DNA from: Pocillopora damicornis
Taxonomy: Eukaryota
NCBI RefSeq assembly: GCF_003704095.1
Contig: NW_020845440.1
Location: forward strand, 1 to 61,021
Direction: 5' to 3'
Length of the DNA stretch: 61,021 bases
Positions 13,232 to 26,679 of this stretch are shown here, in pieces (positions within the stretch are counted from its first letter, which is position 1; each line of letters starts with the position of its first letter). The position numbers were made by a program, and so were the translations under genes. The notes under the pieces are model-generated. The model was not told the DNA's origin, searched no databases, and saw nothing but the letters and a program-made list of their open reading frames with translations.

Positions 13232-14678
13232 ATTGTTTTCACCAACTCGACCTTAGGACTGATTAACTTTTTCGTTCAAGGAGAGAAATTTTGTTTATTC
13301 TCGTACCTGTTTACCAACCTTCGCTTCGTATAAGCTTAATAAAGTCTCTGTCGATGTAAAATGGGCTTGCTATGCGAACTAATAATCGACTTCTTCTTGT
13401 AAAAGGGTTGACGTCCGGGTTTTCGTCCACTCTGGGCGCCAATTTTTTCCACAAAGAAACAGAGGAAGGGTGAACTGTCGCTTGGATGCATGTAGAAGAC
13501 TTCCTTCTAAGCTCAAAAACTGCTTGACTTAACTCACAATTACGTGAGCGGATACTAAAACACTTTTTTTAAACTAAACTGCAGCTATTTAGATGCTAAA
13601 ATACTGAGAAAAGCGAGGAGAAGATGCTTTTGTCAGAGCACAAGATGGCGGGTTCATAAACAACAAATGTCTAGCACTGAAACCGAAAGATGACGTCATA
13701 GTTCCTAAAGTAGGATTTAGGAAAAAAAGGATGAAAGGGAAAAAAGGAAATGAGATGAGGCAGAGAGAAACGATAAATCTAACAACAAACCAAATACAAA
13801 CGTTGTTATGAGGAAAGTGAGAACTTTTTCTGCTTTCATACTGAGTTAGAAGTTCATTGTCACATTCGAAAATTGTTACGTGATTAGTACTAATTGGAAC
13901 TAATTACATGCGAAGGTTTTGTCAATTGTACTTCGAGATTGAATCGGCATTAAATCGACATCGAGCAAAACGAGTCAAGAAATTTGAAATAGAGGAAACG
14001 GAAGGCCACGATAGAGGAAAACAAGAGCACCCTCGAAGATTACTGGATCAGTCGCAGCCATCAAAAGAAGTACGAGCTAAACTCAGTGGAGGTTGTGAAG
14101 CGCCTGACTAGTGAAGGGTCCCATAAAACTGCGCACTCACAGAACTAGAGCGGCCAGAGAAATGGGAATCGTGAACAGCTTTGTTTGGAGAGGATGGTAA
14201 TCAGTAACAATAGCAGAAGATAGTAAAGTTCTGAAGTTTGCCACGTGACGTACATTAGCTCTGCTGCCAGTTGTTTCTAATCACAAATTGTTTTTTTTAC
14301 AAATAGTGGGCGGCGGGTGATACTTTTGAGACGGATATGAACCAGACTATACAAAGAAGTAACAAATTGATTTAGACTCAGCAGTACAATTCGTTTCAGA
14401 CCTATAAGTAAAGAAGGAAAAACGACTCGTAAACTGGATTTTATTTTTTTCCGTCCGTTTATTATAAAATGAGGTATGCAATGTGCAACAATGGGATAGC
14501 CACTTATTAGGCTAAACAGTAAACTCTGAGGAAGTTGCATTGTGCGATTCTTGGGAAAAGTGGTTTATATTGACTCCCTGATCTTCAACATAGTCAGAAT
14601 GTTCCTTCCTTGCCTACTGAGGTATTTTACTGAATCAATTTGATGTTAAGTGATGATCTTCATTCTCACAAATAGAAT

Positions 14679-14961
14679 NNNNNNNNNNNNNNNNNNNNNN
14701 NNNNNNNNNNNNNNNNNNNNNNNNNNNNNNNNNNNNNNNNNNNNNNNNNNNNNNNNNNNNNNNNNNNNNNNNNNNNNNNNNNNNNNNNNNNNNNNNNNNN
14801 NNNNNNNNNNNNNNNNNNNNNNNNNNNNNNNNNNNNNNNNNNNNNNNNNNNNNNNNNNNNNNNNNNNNNNNNNNNNNNNNNNNNNNNNNNNNNNNNNNNN
14901 NNNNNNNNNNNNNNNNNNNNNNNNNNNNNNNNNNNNNNNNNNNNNNNNNNNNNNNNNNNNN
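14679..14961. other. assembly gap
   Basis: Run of N. Confidence 1.
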
Positions 14962-15051
14962 ATAAGTCAAGCAGCGAAAAATAAATCTTTATATGCTTAT
15001 TGCAAATCAGCGATTAAAATGGATCACATATCAACTAGTTAGATAGACTAC

Positions 15052-16191
15052 TTATCTAGTATGGTCGTCAGCAGGGACTGTTCTCGTGGTGATGCTGATC
15101 TGTTCGCCCGATGTAATTTCCTCTGGATCCCTCGCATCATCTGGTTGGATTTGATTACATCCTTTATTCACTTTTCTTTCTTGTCTAGCTTCAAGTCTCA
15201 CAGCCATGACTCTTTGTCTAAATCTAAACAATTTCCTCTCATTTTCCTCAGCTTCTCGAGGAGTTTTTCCCAACAACATCTCGATAAAAGAAACTCTAAA
15301 ATGTCTATTTCGAACTGTGTAAATAATTGGATTGACAACGGAATTAAGAGTCACTATCCCGAGACAAAATTGACGAGCGGACATCTTAACTTCATCCGAG
15401 AATCTTTTCTCGAATATAAACCACGTGAAATTAAGGAAAGTAAATGGGACCAGGAAAAAAAGTATAACTATCAGAATTAAAAGGGTGGTTGATTTTAAGG
15501 CTTTCTTCTCTCTTTTAAATTTAGCTTTTGCTTCCATAGAAACTTGGTGGGTAAGAATACTTTTTTCGTGACGACGGGCCTGTTTATAGACCAGAACCTG
15601 AAGTATAACAATCGAAGAAAACACTGTGATCTCTAAAATGGCGAACGTCATCATAGTGTTTGGCAAAATGAAATAGAGAATGACTGCTGTGATCCAGGTT
15701 AGAAACGATGAAACTATAACGCTGGTATTTGTGAGCACCTCGTTGTGTCTAAGAGAGTACTTTATGGTGAGGTAGCGTTCTCCACTGATCAGAATCAGGT
15801 GGCTCATAGATATCAAGCTAACTTCCATAAAAGAGAAGCTAAACGCCAAATTAACTTCGCACACTTCGTGGAAATCTTTACCTTGAAGCAGAAAAATCGC
15901 CAGAGTTGCATTCAGGGGTTGAACCAGCACGCCATTCAGTACATTAGTGAGTGCGAAACACGCCAGCATGATGTTTGAGTGTGTTTGAAGTCTTCGTTTT
16001 ACCTTCACGGCTAAAATGACTAATCCGTTAAAAAAGCAGGTCAAAGGACAAGCAACGAAACTCAGAACGGCTGCTGCGATGAGAAAGTTGCGAGTAAGTT
16101 CGGAAGAAAAATCATATCGCCGAAGAATGGTTTGAGGAACTAATGAGCTGTTGCAATTGTTTCCAAGGCCAACAGACGAAGAGTAATTCAT
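15052..16191 (-). CDS. intronless class A (rhodopsin-family) GPCR, orphan
   Basis: Seven hydrophobic segments, TM1 FFNGLVI, ISGERY at the end of TM3, basic IL3 KREKKALK, TM6 FFLVP and TM7 NSVVNPIIY followed by helix 8 (FRVSF). The likely start is MNYSS (ATG 16191), with N-glycosylation sequons. Confidence 0.93.
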   Translation of the reverse strand: MNYSSSVGLGNNCNSSLVPQTILRRYDFSSELTRNFLIAAAVLSFVACPLTCFFNGLVILAVKVKRRLQTHSNIMLACFALTNVLNGVLVQPLNATLAIFLLQGKDFHEVCEVNLAFSFSFMEVSLISMSHLILISGERYLTIKYSLRHNEVLTNTSVIVSSFLTWITAVILYFILPNTMMTFAILEITVFSSIVILQVLVYKQARRHEKSILTHQVSMEAKAKFKREKKALKSTTLLILIVILFFLVPFTFLNFTWFIFEKRFSDEVKMSARQFCLGIVTLNSVVNPIIYTVRNRHFRVSFIEMLLGKTPREAEENERKLFRFRQRVMAVRLEARQERKVNKGCNQIQPDDARDPEEITSGEQISITTRTVPADDHTR

Positions 16192-16429
16192 TTTCGATAT
16201 GCTGTTCCTCAGTTGATGTCCCAACTTCTTGATTAACTTCGAAAAGGGCCAAAGTTCGTTTTGGATCTCTTTCAACTGTCAGTCCACCTTTAAATGGGCC
16301 AAAATTTCAATATGCCCCCTAAACAATCCACGTATCGCTGAATAGACTCAGGATGGTACCTACATTTATTTGTAAAATAGAAGTGAGTGGTTCAATTACC
16401 CGATGAAATTTTCAGCTCACCTAGCCGTC

Positions 16430-17438
16430 AGATGAACAGAAATGACTATGTAACATCCACTCTTTTATTTTTGGAGAGCGGGTGACTTCAAAAGTTTGAC
16501 GATTGAACCGAGTTTTCTTTCATTTGAGAGAATTCGGCATAATTCAAATGGGTGTCATTGTTGAGAGAGCCGGAGAGGTCAATAAATCATGAAATTAAAA
16601 GCGTTTAAAAGCATTGCGTGCGAGTTTTGCCACTTTAGGCATCTGTTGCAAAATGTTTTATAATGATGGGACTTAAGTTAAAATGAACGCAAAGGAAAGC
16701 TTTGCGTCATCAAAAGTCGGGGCTTGTCGAATTGGTCATTGATTTTCACGAGCCCTCTTGCTTTGGTAGATACTTCTTCTAAATTTGGAGAATTTTTGCT
16801 TCTGATGTGAATGTAAAGATAGGTTTTAACTTGTTTATTGAAAATTAATGATAAAAATGTCACTTTTGCATTGTATTTTCTTTTTTCTTAGGCATATTTT
16901 TTACTAATGACCTTCTATACTTGTAATTTCTAGAAATATATTACAACAGAGATGGAGAAAAAAAAAAATAAAAATAGTTAAAACGGATCGCATGTAAACC
17001 TTGTTAGCAGTTGCATTTGGAGAGACAACTTATCTTGTGGAAATAAGATTTGTAATTACCCACTAAAATATTCAATCAGCGTGCCGCTTGATGAACAGGG
17101 ATGAATTGTTAAATCCCTTCTTTTATTGGTTGAGAGCCGGTGACTTCAAAATATTTGCGACTGGACTAAGTTTGCTTTTATTTCGGTTGGGTGTTTTTTT
17201 TTTTAAGAGGGCCGGTGAAGTCATCACATCATACAACGTCAAGAAAATATCAACTGCTCTTGACAGCGGTTGAAAGTATTTCATGTCAGTTTTGCCACAT
17301 TAGGAATCTGTTCCTAAAAGTTATAATTACGGGGATGAAAAATAAATGAATAAATAAATAAAAATGAACGTAAAGGAAAGCTTAGCGGTAACAAAAGTCA
17401 AGGCTTCCTTGAAGTAGTCGCTTTGTTTCGACGAGCCT
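16430..17438 (+). repeat. diverged direct duplication of about 330 bp (approx. 16430-16755 and 17089-17438)
   Basis: Shared blocks in the same order: gatgaacag, gagagc(g/c)ggtgacttcaaaa, gttttgccac(t/a)ttagg(c/a)atctgtt, aaaatgaacg(c/t)aaaggaaagctt...caaaagtc and acgagcc. Confidence 0.8.
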
Positions 17439-18989
17439 CCGTGACCAAAGCGTTTGAAAAATTAAGTTGGGAAGAACAAATTACGAAAGGCAATAAAGTT
17501 GAAAACTATGCTTTAAATGTGTGATTTGGTAGAACATAAGGAAGGGAAATCTTTTTCATGTTTAGTCCTAAAGCAAGTTTGTCCCCAAATGAAAACTGAA
17601 CTTAGATCCTTACACTTGTCAAAGACAAACTTAGCATTTTGGCAGCATATTCTTTTTATCACTCCTAGAATTGAAACCAATCGAAACCAAGCTTGTTTTG
17701 TAAAAGTCTAATTTTCGATTTCTTTCAAGTGCATGATTAATTCAAACTGAAAGTTAGTAATCCGCATTTTCCGAACTGTTGCAAAAGGAATTCTAATTTT
17801 GTGTTCCAAAGTCGTTCAAAGAAAAGTTGGAATGAGTCTGTCTTCTTGCGCTGTTTTATTCTAGCGCAACAACTGTTTCAGTTTATCAAAAGCTGTCTTT
17901 GATCCTTGCTGCCTTGAAACGAAGCGATTATACTTTCAGTGTACTATACTCTTGGTGCAGTGTGTATCAGCTTTCAGTTATAATGCAAAGTTTTTTAGCG
18001 GACAAACAAATACAGCTTCATCTCCATGTTCTGTCAGGCAACTTGGTCAACATTCAAATTTTTTTACCTTCGATTTCACAGTGAGGTATCACTATATTCA
18101 CAGACAATAGCAGGTGACTCGAAGCGAAACATATCATCACTATGCGATACTTCTGATACTACACTGGCTTCGTTTTCTCAACAATCACAGAAAATGTGGG
18201 TTTTATTTTACAAAGATTAAAGGCAGACTCAGCTCCTGCCGTCATGTTTTTTTAGTTTTGCGGCTCTCTTCCACGTGGATTAGATATTTAAGGTGAGGAA
18301 TTATTGCAAGAAATTCAGTTTTTATTTGTATTCGAAACGCTATTTATAGATATGTCAAACAATCCGATATAATCATTAAAACGGGGCTAATTTGCGAGAT
18401 TAGAAACAAATTTCCATTTGCTATTAACTGAAAATCAACCCATTAGCTGCTTATTTTCATAAAGCGAGAAAGAAGCTGTAAGCTAATAAAATATTCCCAA
18501 GAAAATCTACTTCTGATAAGCGTCAAGCTCTAAGTGCTTGATTTTTTTAAAAACAGGCGGAGAGTTTTTGCCAAGTTCCATTCGTTTCGTTTGAGGCTTT
18601 CACTGACGAGTATAGCTACAGAGGTTGCCTTTTTATATTCTTGGTGCTAAAATCCCAAGTGGAGTTTCATACCTTTTGAATCGGTCCTTGTCAAGGGCAT
18701 GTTAAGTGCTTCTTAAGTCTGTGCACCTTTGAAAATTGAATTCGTTTGAGTAAACCTTTCAGATTTCAAACCGACCAAAAATTATCCGTCGGTTACTTAG
18801 TCACTTGATTTGGAGAATATTTTGAAACAGTTTTGGTCGTAAATGGTCGCCATTTGATGTGAATTCTCCCTTTAAGATATAGCTGTCTGTTTCAAACTCT
18901 TACAGAAAGAATGAAAAATCTGTTTAGTTTTTCCAACTGAAGTCCTATATTATTCGTGATCGCTCTTGATTGCTAGTGAAATCAAATGT

Positions 18990-19500
18990 CTTTTTCGCGC
19001 GGACATTTTAGTAGGCTTAACGCCTTTCAATTTACGAATCAGTATTTGCAATCTCTTTGTTTATTTCTCATTCCCTTTTCAGTTTGGTGAATATTCGGCT
19101 AAAACTGACCATCTCAACTTCTTTAAGCAGGCCCACCGCCACGAAAAAGACACTCTGACCCATCAAATCTCTAGCTATATAGAAGCCAAAAAAATTCCAA
19201 AAAGAGAAAAAAGCCCTAAAAACAACTACAATAATGATACTGAGGACTTTTCTGTATTTCCTTTTGCCCTCTGCTTTCGCCCTTGCATGAAATTCTCTCA
19301 GATGGAAAAAGACTCGAACAACAATTCGTCGTTTTATCGTTGCGATGGTAAATTCGAATTCATTTCTTAAATAAATCCGGTTATGTTCGCCATTCGAAAA
19401 AGGCACTTTCGAGTTGCATTTATTGAGTTGCTGCTTTCGAGAATAAAATTTTCAAGAAGCTGAGGAAAAAGAGAGCAAACTATTTAGATTCAGACGGAAC
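18990..19500 (+). pseudogene. frameshifted, partly deleted paralog of the neighbouring GPCR
   Basis: Fragments in different frames: ADILVGL (TM2-like), FKQAHRHEKDTLTHQIS (vs YKQARRHEKSILTHQVS), KREKSPK, NPVMFAIRKRHFRVAFIELLL (vs NPIIYTVRNRHFRVSFIEMLL) and EAEEKESKLFRFRR (vs EAEENERKLFRFRQ). Confidence 0.85.
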
Positions 19501-19890
19501 GGAAGAGAGAGACCAAATCCCAACATCTGCTTCAAAAGGTTACGTGAGCACTTAAGCCATCGTCGCCACGCAACAGTCACTGTAAATAATTATATAAAGG
19601 CTGTCTCTCCAAATAAATCGACTTTCGAAGCAGGGAGAATAAGGAAATACCACTGTATACACTGCACTATGCAAGAGTCTCAGGAAGCTCTGGGGTCTTG
19701 AATTTATCAGTGATGGTCCGAGTCGAAGGGGAGAGGGGAGGGGGGTGACAATTTGGCAGCGACTTTTGATAAAGTCCACCAGGGAGCGGCGAGCAATTTG
19801 TCCGTTTGCAACAACATTTGGATGTTAGGAGTAGCTATACCCAAGTGAATGTCAGATTTAAAAGTTAGGGAGTGATTACAATTAGTCTTT

Positions 19891-19970
19891 GGCTCTCAAG
19901 ATCAATACCAACCGTACAGTTCAAAAGTCAGGCTCTCAAGATCAATACCAACCATACAGTTCAAAAGTCA
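19891..19970 (+). repeat. 40-bp tandem duplication
   Basis: ggctctcaagatcaataccaacc(g/a)tacagttcaaaagtca twice, with one mismatch. Confidence 0.95.
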
Positions 19971-20667
19971 GGGAAGGACAATACGTCAGCGAGTGTCACA
20001 ATCAAAAGTCAGGGGAGGGGGCTTGAATTGTTTCAATGATCCCGAAAATCAGTCTTAAGGGAGTAGCAATTTGTTTCTCGGTTTCCATGTCAAAGGACAG
20101 TGGAGAGGAAATTGTCGATGACGATCAGAATCAAACGTTAGAGGTATAAAAATGTTTTAAAACAATGTGTTTCTGTTTGTCTTAATTTTCTTAACTTTAT
20201 TGACTAATCCACTATACACCGAGCACTTTTTCATTTTCTTTTTATTAATTGTATGTCATAAAACAGTTGACCATCATATATTCTTCCAAGATCAGTTCTA
20301 TAAATTGCTCCATGTTTACTTTACTTTCCATGATTTTCCTTTACAGGCATGTTCTCTTGGCGGGCGCTAATTGCAAACCTTCTGAATTTTGGGTATGGTC
20401 TTCGTCTCACGAGTCCGAATTTCCTAACTTAAAAGACACTGGGCAAAGCTTTAAATAAACAACAGTTTGCCAAGGCTCATAAGACAAATGCAAGTCCTTC
20501 ACTACAATTACCCGAGTGATGGAAAAGCTAGTGTTAATTATACCAGTTAATTAGTAAGTTTTTTTAATTTGTTCCAACAATTTCCATCAATGTTTGTTAT
20601 CTAAACAGCATGTATTGCTCGCAGGGTATCTTGGCTCCACTTTATAAAATGATTTTGGCAATTAATT

Positions 20668-23479
20668 TTATATGTGGATGTGGAAATTACTGCAAGAATA
20701 AAAGAAATTAAGATGTTGAGTGATGCTAATGGCATGATAGAATTGAAATCTTCGGCATGATTGCTTTTCGTTGGGTGCCGTGCGCTTTAATATTTGCGCT
20801 TTGGAAGGGACTAGCACAATGAAACAGCGCTTTGACTTACTTCATGAACTCGGGTGATCTTGCGATTACGTTTTCGAACTCTGAATAAGATAAGAATCCA
20901 TCCTCATCAATATCGGCCTCTTTTAGTAACTTGAAGGAAGAATAAACATGAGATAAATATTATTTTTTGGCTGTCGTCACTGTAATCACATGCACCTGCC
21001 CAACATAAATTCATTGAAAAAACAAAACAAAACTAAAGATTTGCAAACGAAGGCTTTGACTGAAAACACTTCATTCGTCGTTTTGGGCGAAGATCATTTG
21101 TAGGAAGAGAGATGAATTGATTCATGGATTTAAAGTTAGCAAGTAATGCGTGAAATTTTGAATATTATACCTCATCTGAAACAAACTCCATCTCTTCATC
21201 AGTAAGTTCCTTTGCTGTGATAGCTCTCAACGTTTGTTTGAGATCTTCCTTGCCGAGGTAATCATCTTGGTCAAAATCTCGAGAAAAAGAAAGAAAGGAA
21301 GTGAATGAGGAAAAAGGGTTATGCACGTCAAGGAAACATAAAACCCATAGAATGAAAGAGAGAAAGTGTTACAGCCCGGTTATAACTAAAACATTCAAAT
21401 GAAAATAGCCACGAAGGGTAAAATTTAGAAACGTAGTTAATTAAAGAGAAGATCTTTACCAAATATCCTGAATGCATATTTTGCTTTGAGCTCTATAGGA
21501 GCCTGTGAAAACCAAAAAAAAGGAAAAAGTTTAGTGCATCGTGCCTCTGCTCCAAAGGAGAAAAATTGATCATATAAACATTTAGATCTTGATTTGATTG
21601 GCTTTCATATTCATTTGTTGCTATGGATGTAGAATCTGGGTTGGTGTTAATAGACTCTTCAATAGTGCTGTGAGAAACTCGACCCTGTTCGACTAATCAA
21701 AATGCAGAGGTGACGTCTCATCGCGACAATCAAGAAATCATTTCTGTGTTCAAATTCGCCTGGTCCAAACAATTTCTTTTCAATGTCTCGAAACGATCGC
21801 TTTTAAGGAACATTCCACTGAGGTTTGCTGCACCCTCGCTCTCCTTATTCCAATTATCAACAGCCGTACGCGTTTATGTTACCGTCATAATGGTACTAAG
21901 CTGTAATAGTACTCCTAAATAGATACGTCTACAAAGAAAACTTACAGATTCACTGAGCACTGACATCATGTTTAAGAAATCGTCGAATGTCAGGCTGCCA
22001 TCTCCACTAGGGGAAAACACTTCACAGATTCGTCGCCTGAAGGGATTCTCCTATTATTTGAAAGAAATATTAATATAATATCTGGAATCTTGAAAAATTA
22101 ACATACCAAATTTAGCTCAGGAGCATTCATGATCGACATGGAGAACTTTGGTCAGTAGTAAGTCAAACGTCGGGCATGCGAAATTGATTCAACTTTGGCC
22201 AGCCACGCGCCAAATAAAATTTTAAAGGAACCTTCGACAAAAAAAAAGGGATACACAAGAACTATGAATGCAAAGTTTATCCAAAGTTTATTGGTTAACT
22301 AAGCCAACTTGGATTTTACAACCCGAAAGCACGATTTTGGGCCTCTATTTTGGCCGCCTTTCAGATTTTCTAACGTTCGCGCACGTGCAGATGCAGTTTA
22401 AACCAGTTCTGTGTACTTTGTTCGTAATTCATCATATTTAAATTAGAGTACGAAAAATAACGGCTCTCAAAAAAAAATTAAATAATAATAAAAACTGAAC
22501 TAGTGGCTTGAAAAACATTTCCCATATAAGACCCCTTCCCTCCCCCCGCCGGTTAATTCATTGTTACTTATTGGCTCACCTTGAGTTCTGGTAGTTGCTG
22601 GAGAAATTTGTATTTCAGTTTTGGCTGAACATCAAGTTCTGTAAAATCTTCTGGTATAAGGTCTGTATTTAAATCTCGATATCGCCGGTGAATCCTGATA
22701 ATGAATGAACTTGTGATTTTTAAGAGAATTACAATTATAAGAGAACTGTAACAACAACACTCGACCACGACAACAACAGGAACAACACGAACAACAAATA
22801 CATCCGAACTTTTCTCTATCTCAAGTGATTTTGATACATTCGAATGAAAGATAGTCAGCTCTCCTGATACGACTAGTTTTGAAAACTATATGGCTGCGAT
22901 TCAACAACAGAGCTCCAGTGATCCACGTTCATTTATAACTGAAACTGAGTTTGCGAGGATAAACACAATCCGAAAAAGAACAACAATGGTTAATTTTAGG
23001 TGAAGAGACCAGTGAAGATGCCGAATGAGAGAACTGGAAAATGTTTGCTAAATTTTCTTAATTAATGTGATGATAGAAATATGGCTTTCTCACTGATCAT
23101 TTGAAATTATAATGCGCTCTGCCTTCCCCACATCACAAGTGACCATACCAACTGAAAACACTAAATGAAGATTGAAAAGTATTAATCGCAAATGATGGTA
23201 TGAGCCTACATTGAATTCTAACGCAAACAGTCCATAAGGTGTGATTATACAAATCATTTATAAATCAAAATAAAATCAGTTGAAACACATACCTTAAAAT
23301 ATCAGCCCGATTGAAGTATGTACAGTCCTAAACGATAAAAATAACAAAAATAGGTTATTAAGAGATCGGGAATGATGATTCCGCGAGGAATCGCTTAAAA
23401 TGAAATAATGACATGCGAATTTATAAACCTGATAGTCTTCGAGCTGATCTTCTGTAAAAGCTGCTTGCTTGTTTCCCAT
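20668..23479 (-). CDS. calcium- and integrin-binding family protein (CIB2/CIB3-like EF-hand)
   Basis: Exons 23479-23429 ([17 protein letters not shown]), 23327-23293 ([11 protein letters not shown]), 22694-22580, 22050-21946 ([13 protein letters not shown]...[13 protein letters not shown]), 21502-21460 ([14 protein letters not shown]), 21277-21171 (EF loop [13 protein letters not shown]), 20929-20841 (EF loop [13 protein letters not shown]...SPEF) and 20689-20668 (NFHIHI*). Gly2 fits N-myristoylation. Confidence 0.95.
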
Positions 23480-23944
23480 ATCTTGAAAATAAATTAATTG
23501 CACTTGAGGTTAAAGTGAAATATTTTTTCCGTGTTTTGTTGACGGACAGGCGAGATTTTTTGCTTCAAAACAAGGCGATTTATGATAAATTTAGAGATTT
23601 TCCTTGGAATCGCAGTCCTACACCTGTTCATGTATTACACACAAGAAAAATTCAATAAACAAAACAAGTAATTGTATTGGTCGTCGTTTTAAAAAAACCA
23701 TGTGGTTTGAATTTGTTTTTGTGTTTGGAATACAACAAGCACTGATTTGACCTCATTCCCGCTGTTACAACCTCATTTTACAACAAGTTGTTAATAATTG
23801 ATATTACCCATGTAATAATCACTTTTTTTTCATTTTACCAAGGTCTGATAACTCTTGTCTTGATGTATACACCACGGGCATATTTAAAAGGTCGCTTAGG
23901 GTCACCTTGAGACTGTGATAACAAGGGAAAGAGAAATTGGAGGA

Positions 23945-24212
23945 AGGTGTTTGTCGTCTTAACACGAGCGTGGGATAAAGAAATAACTCTCAGTCCCCAT
24001 GAAGAATCGAACCACAGACCTTAAGATTCCGCTCCGATGCTCTACCACTGAGCCACAGAGACTTAGTGGTGGGCAAATTCACTACGGAAATAGAGACTTT
24101 GATTTTAAAGTTTTGATTTTTTCTTTGTCCCACGCTCGTGGCAAGATAAAAAACATCTTTCTCCATTTATTTAACGAGCTCAAAATTTACCATATTTCTT
24201 ATTCTATTCACA
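23945..24212. mobile_element. tRNA-derived SINE-like repeat, two partial copies in inverted orientation
   Basis: 23945-24080 is the reverse complement of the tRNA-like head seen at 49360. 24115-24212 is its 3' body on the plus strand (ttttctttgtcccacgctcgtg...ttattctatt). Confidence 0.8.
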
Positions 24213-26679
24213 AAAAGAAATCAGAAAGCAATTACTACCTACAATGTAAACATAGAGCTCTTGTTCCAGGTTTTGGGGGAGGGGTTGGTTTATCTGATGT
24301 CACTTTGCATCCATCTATCGAGGCGTTGGTTTCCGTCGATCCTCTTGCAGTCTAAGCTATTTCACTGATAGATTTTTGCATTTCTTCTTTTAATAAATTA
24401 ACAAATCACTTCAGTACAGGTTAGGTGAAGGGGTGAAACCAGAGGAAAGAGGAAAGACGCCAGCGTCACCACGCACTTTAGCATAGGTTTTGAAACGTAT
24501 GAGACACTATAGCGCTCGCCCGGAAGAGTTTCATTCGAGTTTCAATTACGGTACTTGGGATGCGGTCTCTCTCTCTCTCTTTTTCTCTCTTGGTTTATTT
24601 AAATAGGTAAATTTGGTTTTGTATTGTCTCACTGATTTCCAATGATCATTGCACATTTATCCAGATTTTTTTTTCATAATTCTTTTACCCCGGTCCTCTC
24701 TCGGTCGATAGCTTGGTTGTGAATAGGAATTGCCGAAATCACGCAGGGGGAAAGTTGACTGCGCTAGACCAATAGACGAGCTTTGTTATGTTCTGTGAGT
24801 TAGTGCTGCAGCAGTGTCTACAATCTCTGCTCTTATGGAAACCTACAGACTGAAGAAGGTAAACTTCTGTATGTTACCTGAGGTTTTCGCTAGTTTTTGG
24901 CACAGTGAAAGGAGTGTGAAAGTTTAAACGGAGCGGTTGCATGGATGCCCGTTTAACTGTATTACATAATGAACCTGCCAATTCCAAGATTATAATTCAT
25001 AAACCTTCCATTCACTTCGATGTTTTGCATTTTTTGCATAGTTCTATCTCCAACAAATTTAGGGACGACCTTAGCCAGTCCCCATTTCACCCGCAACCTG
25101 TTAGCAGTTATTGAAGAATAGTAAGAATGTTTGTATATACATTTCTTGTGTGATGTAGTTTTCGAACGTCGATCTCCCGGAACATAAAGCTCAAAGGAAT
25201 CAACTTGGGGCGAACTTTAAAAGATACTAATTCGAAAAGACCGAATCTGAGAAAATTCTAAAATGTAGTCTTTTAATGACTACATACACAATCCGTTGAC
25301 ATGGAAAAGTTGATTTGCTGCCTACGAAAGAGTGAGACCCTCGATCGTATAGCCGTCGATTGCGACGTTGCAGGCATATCGATCACCTTTGTGGGTCGGG
25401 TGGTGGAGAGGGGGTCAGAGTTCTGAAATAATCGTGGTACCCCTTGAGAATAAATATAGAAGCATCTGAGTGTCCAAAAGCAGCCTTGCTGACTGGGATC
25501 CAACAATAGCCTCCATTTGGCGCAAAAATATGCACAGATATTTGTCTGCGGATTACCAGTTTCAGGATGCGAACAGTTTTCTGAGAGGGATGCTTGTGGT
25601 ATACTGTGAGCCTTGAGGAACAGATAATGTCTAAGGACAAATGTACAAGCATATTGTAAAAAAATTTTGTAACACGTTTTACGAAAAAATGTTTACAAAC
25701 TGCTTAATGTTGGCTCTATGGGACGTTCACTTTGTAGTGTTCTCTGCAGGTACAACTTTATAAACAAAAAAAAAGTCTTCTTCTGTTACAACCTCAAAGC
25801 ACTCGCTCATCTTGAATTAAAATTTTAATGAAGATTGACCTATTATTTAAGTAGACATGGGGTCTGAAAATTGGGCAAAATCACCTAGGGTTTCTCCTTG
25901 GATCTGTTCTCTAGTTTTAGCTGTGGAATCAATGGTCATGTGATGCATTAAGACCAATTGCATGTGCCAAAGGAAAAGTATTTGATGTATTATGAGCAAA
26001 GTTATCTTGGAGTCTTCAATCCATGGCAGCTATCCATGGTTGAGATGGCATATTGCAGGCTGGTGGTTTATGGGCTTGCATGCTTTCTTTATATGAATAC
26101 CTGACCTAGGTAGAACTTTTAAGGTTACGATGATGGAAACAATTGTAAGTTGAAACTAAAGAGAGCAGAGGGATAAGAAAAACAAACAACACCACTATGA
26201 AAAACAGTAACATGCAATACTAAATTTGAGAGAAATGCACAAGCGGCATTACCATAGGGTAGTAAAGGGTAGTGACAATTTTAACATTTTCTCATACCAT
26301 TTATGACGTGTTTTTTGACCATTTAACTTTCAGGAGTCACTATAGATTAATTTTGCTTTACAGTATTAAATACACTTGCATTCTCTCCAAAGAAATGGTT
26401 TGACTTAATACCAAATTCCTTGAACTGCAGTACTGTAAAGTCTCTTAATACACCATGCAGTCATAACTTGTAAAAACCTTTAATCAATTTCCACATCACT
26501 ATCCCATTTCATTATGAATATCATGGAAACATCTGATCATTTTTTGACTTTTGTTTGCAAGTCTTGCTAGAGTATGACTTCAGTTTACAGTCTGTGGCAA
26601 AGGTATCACTAAAATCACTCTGCAGTAAATAATTTTTGCTAAAATAAAATTCCTATCTCACTCTGTTATGTCTGCAATT

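Noticed and set aside
13641-14111. Divergent gene from the MAF1 promoter (aagatggcgg and tgacgtca motifs; ORF 13908-14111)
   Set aside because: The motifs fit an ordinary housekeeping promoter. The ORF is short, has no recognisable homology and has no supporting exons.
14635-15042. ORFs spanning N runs (also 1025-1232, 2249-2580, 34282-34898)
   Set aside because: They are open only because of the N gaps.
15061-15978. Plus-strand ORFs over the GPCR, and similar antisense or alternate-frame ORFs over the kinases, Maf, CK-like and ROCO genes
   Set aside because: They are shadows of real coding sequence with no independent motifs.
25345-25386. Small hairpin (gatcg...gtcg attg cgac...cgatc) as a possible ncRNA
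   Set aside because: Short and imperfect, with no snoRNA, snRNA or miRNA hallmarks I could identify.
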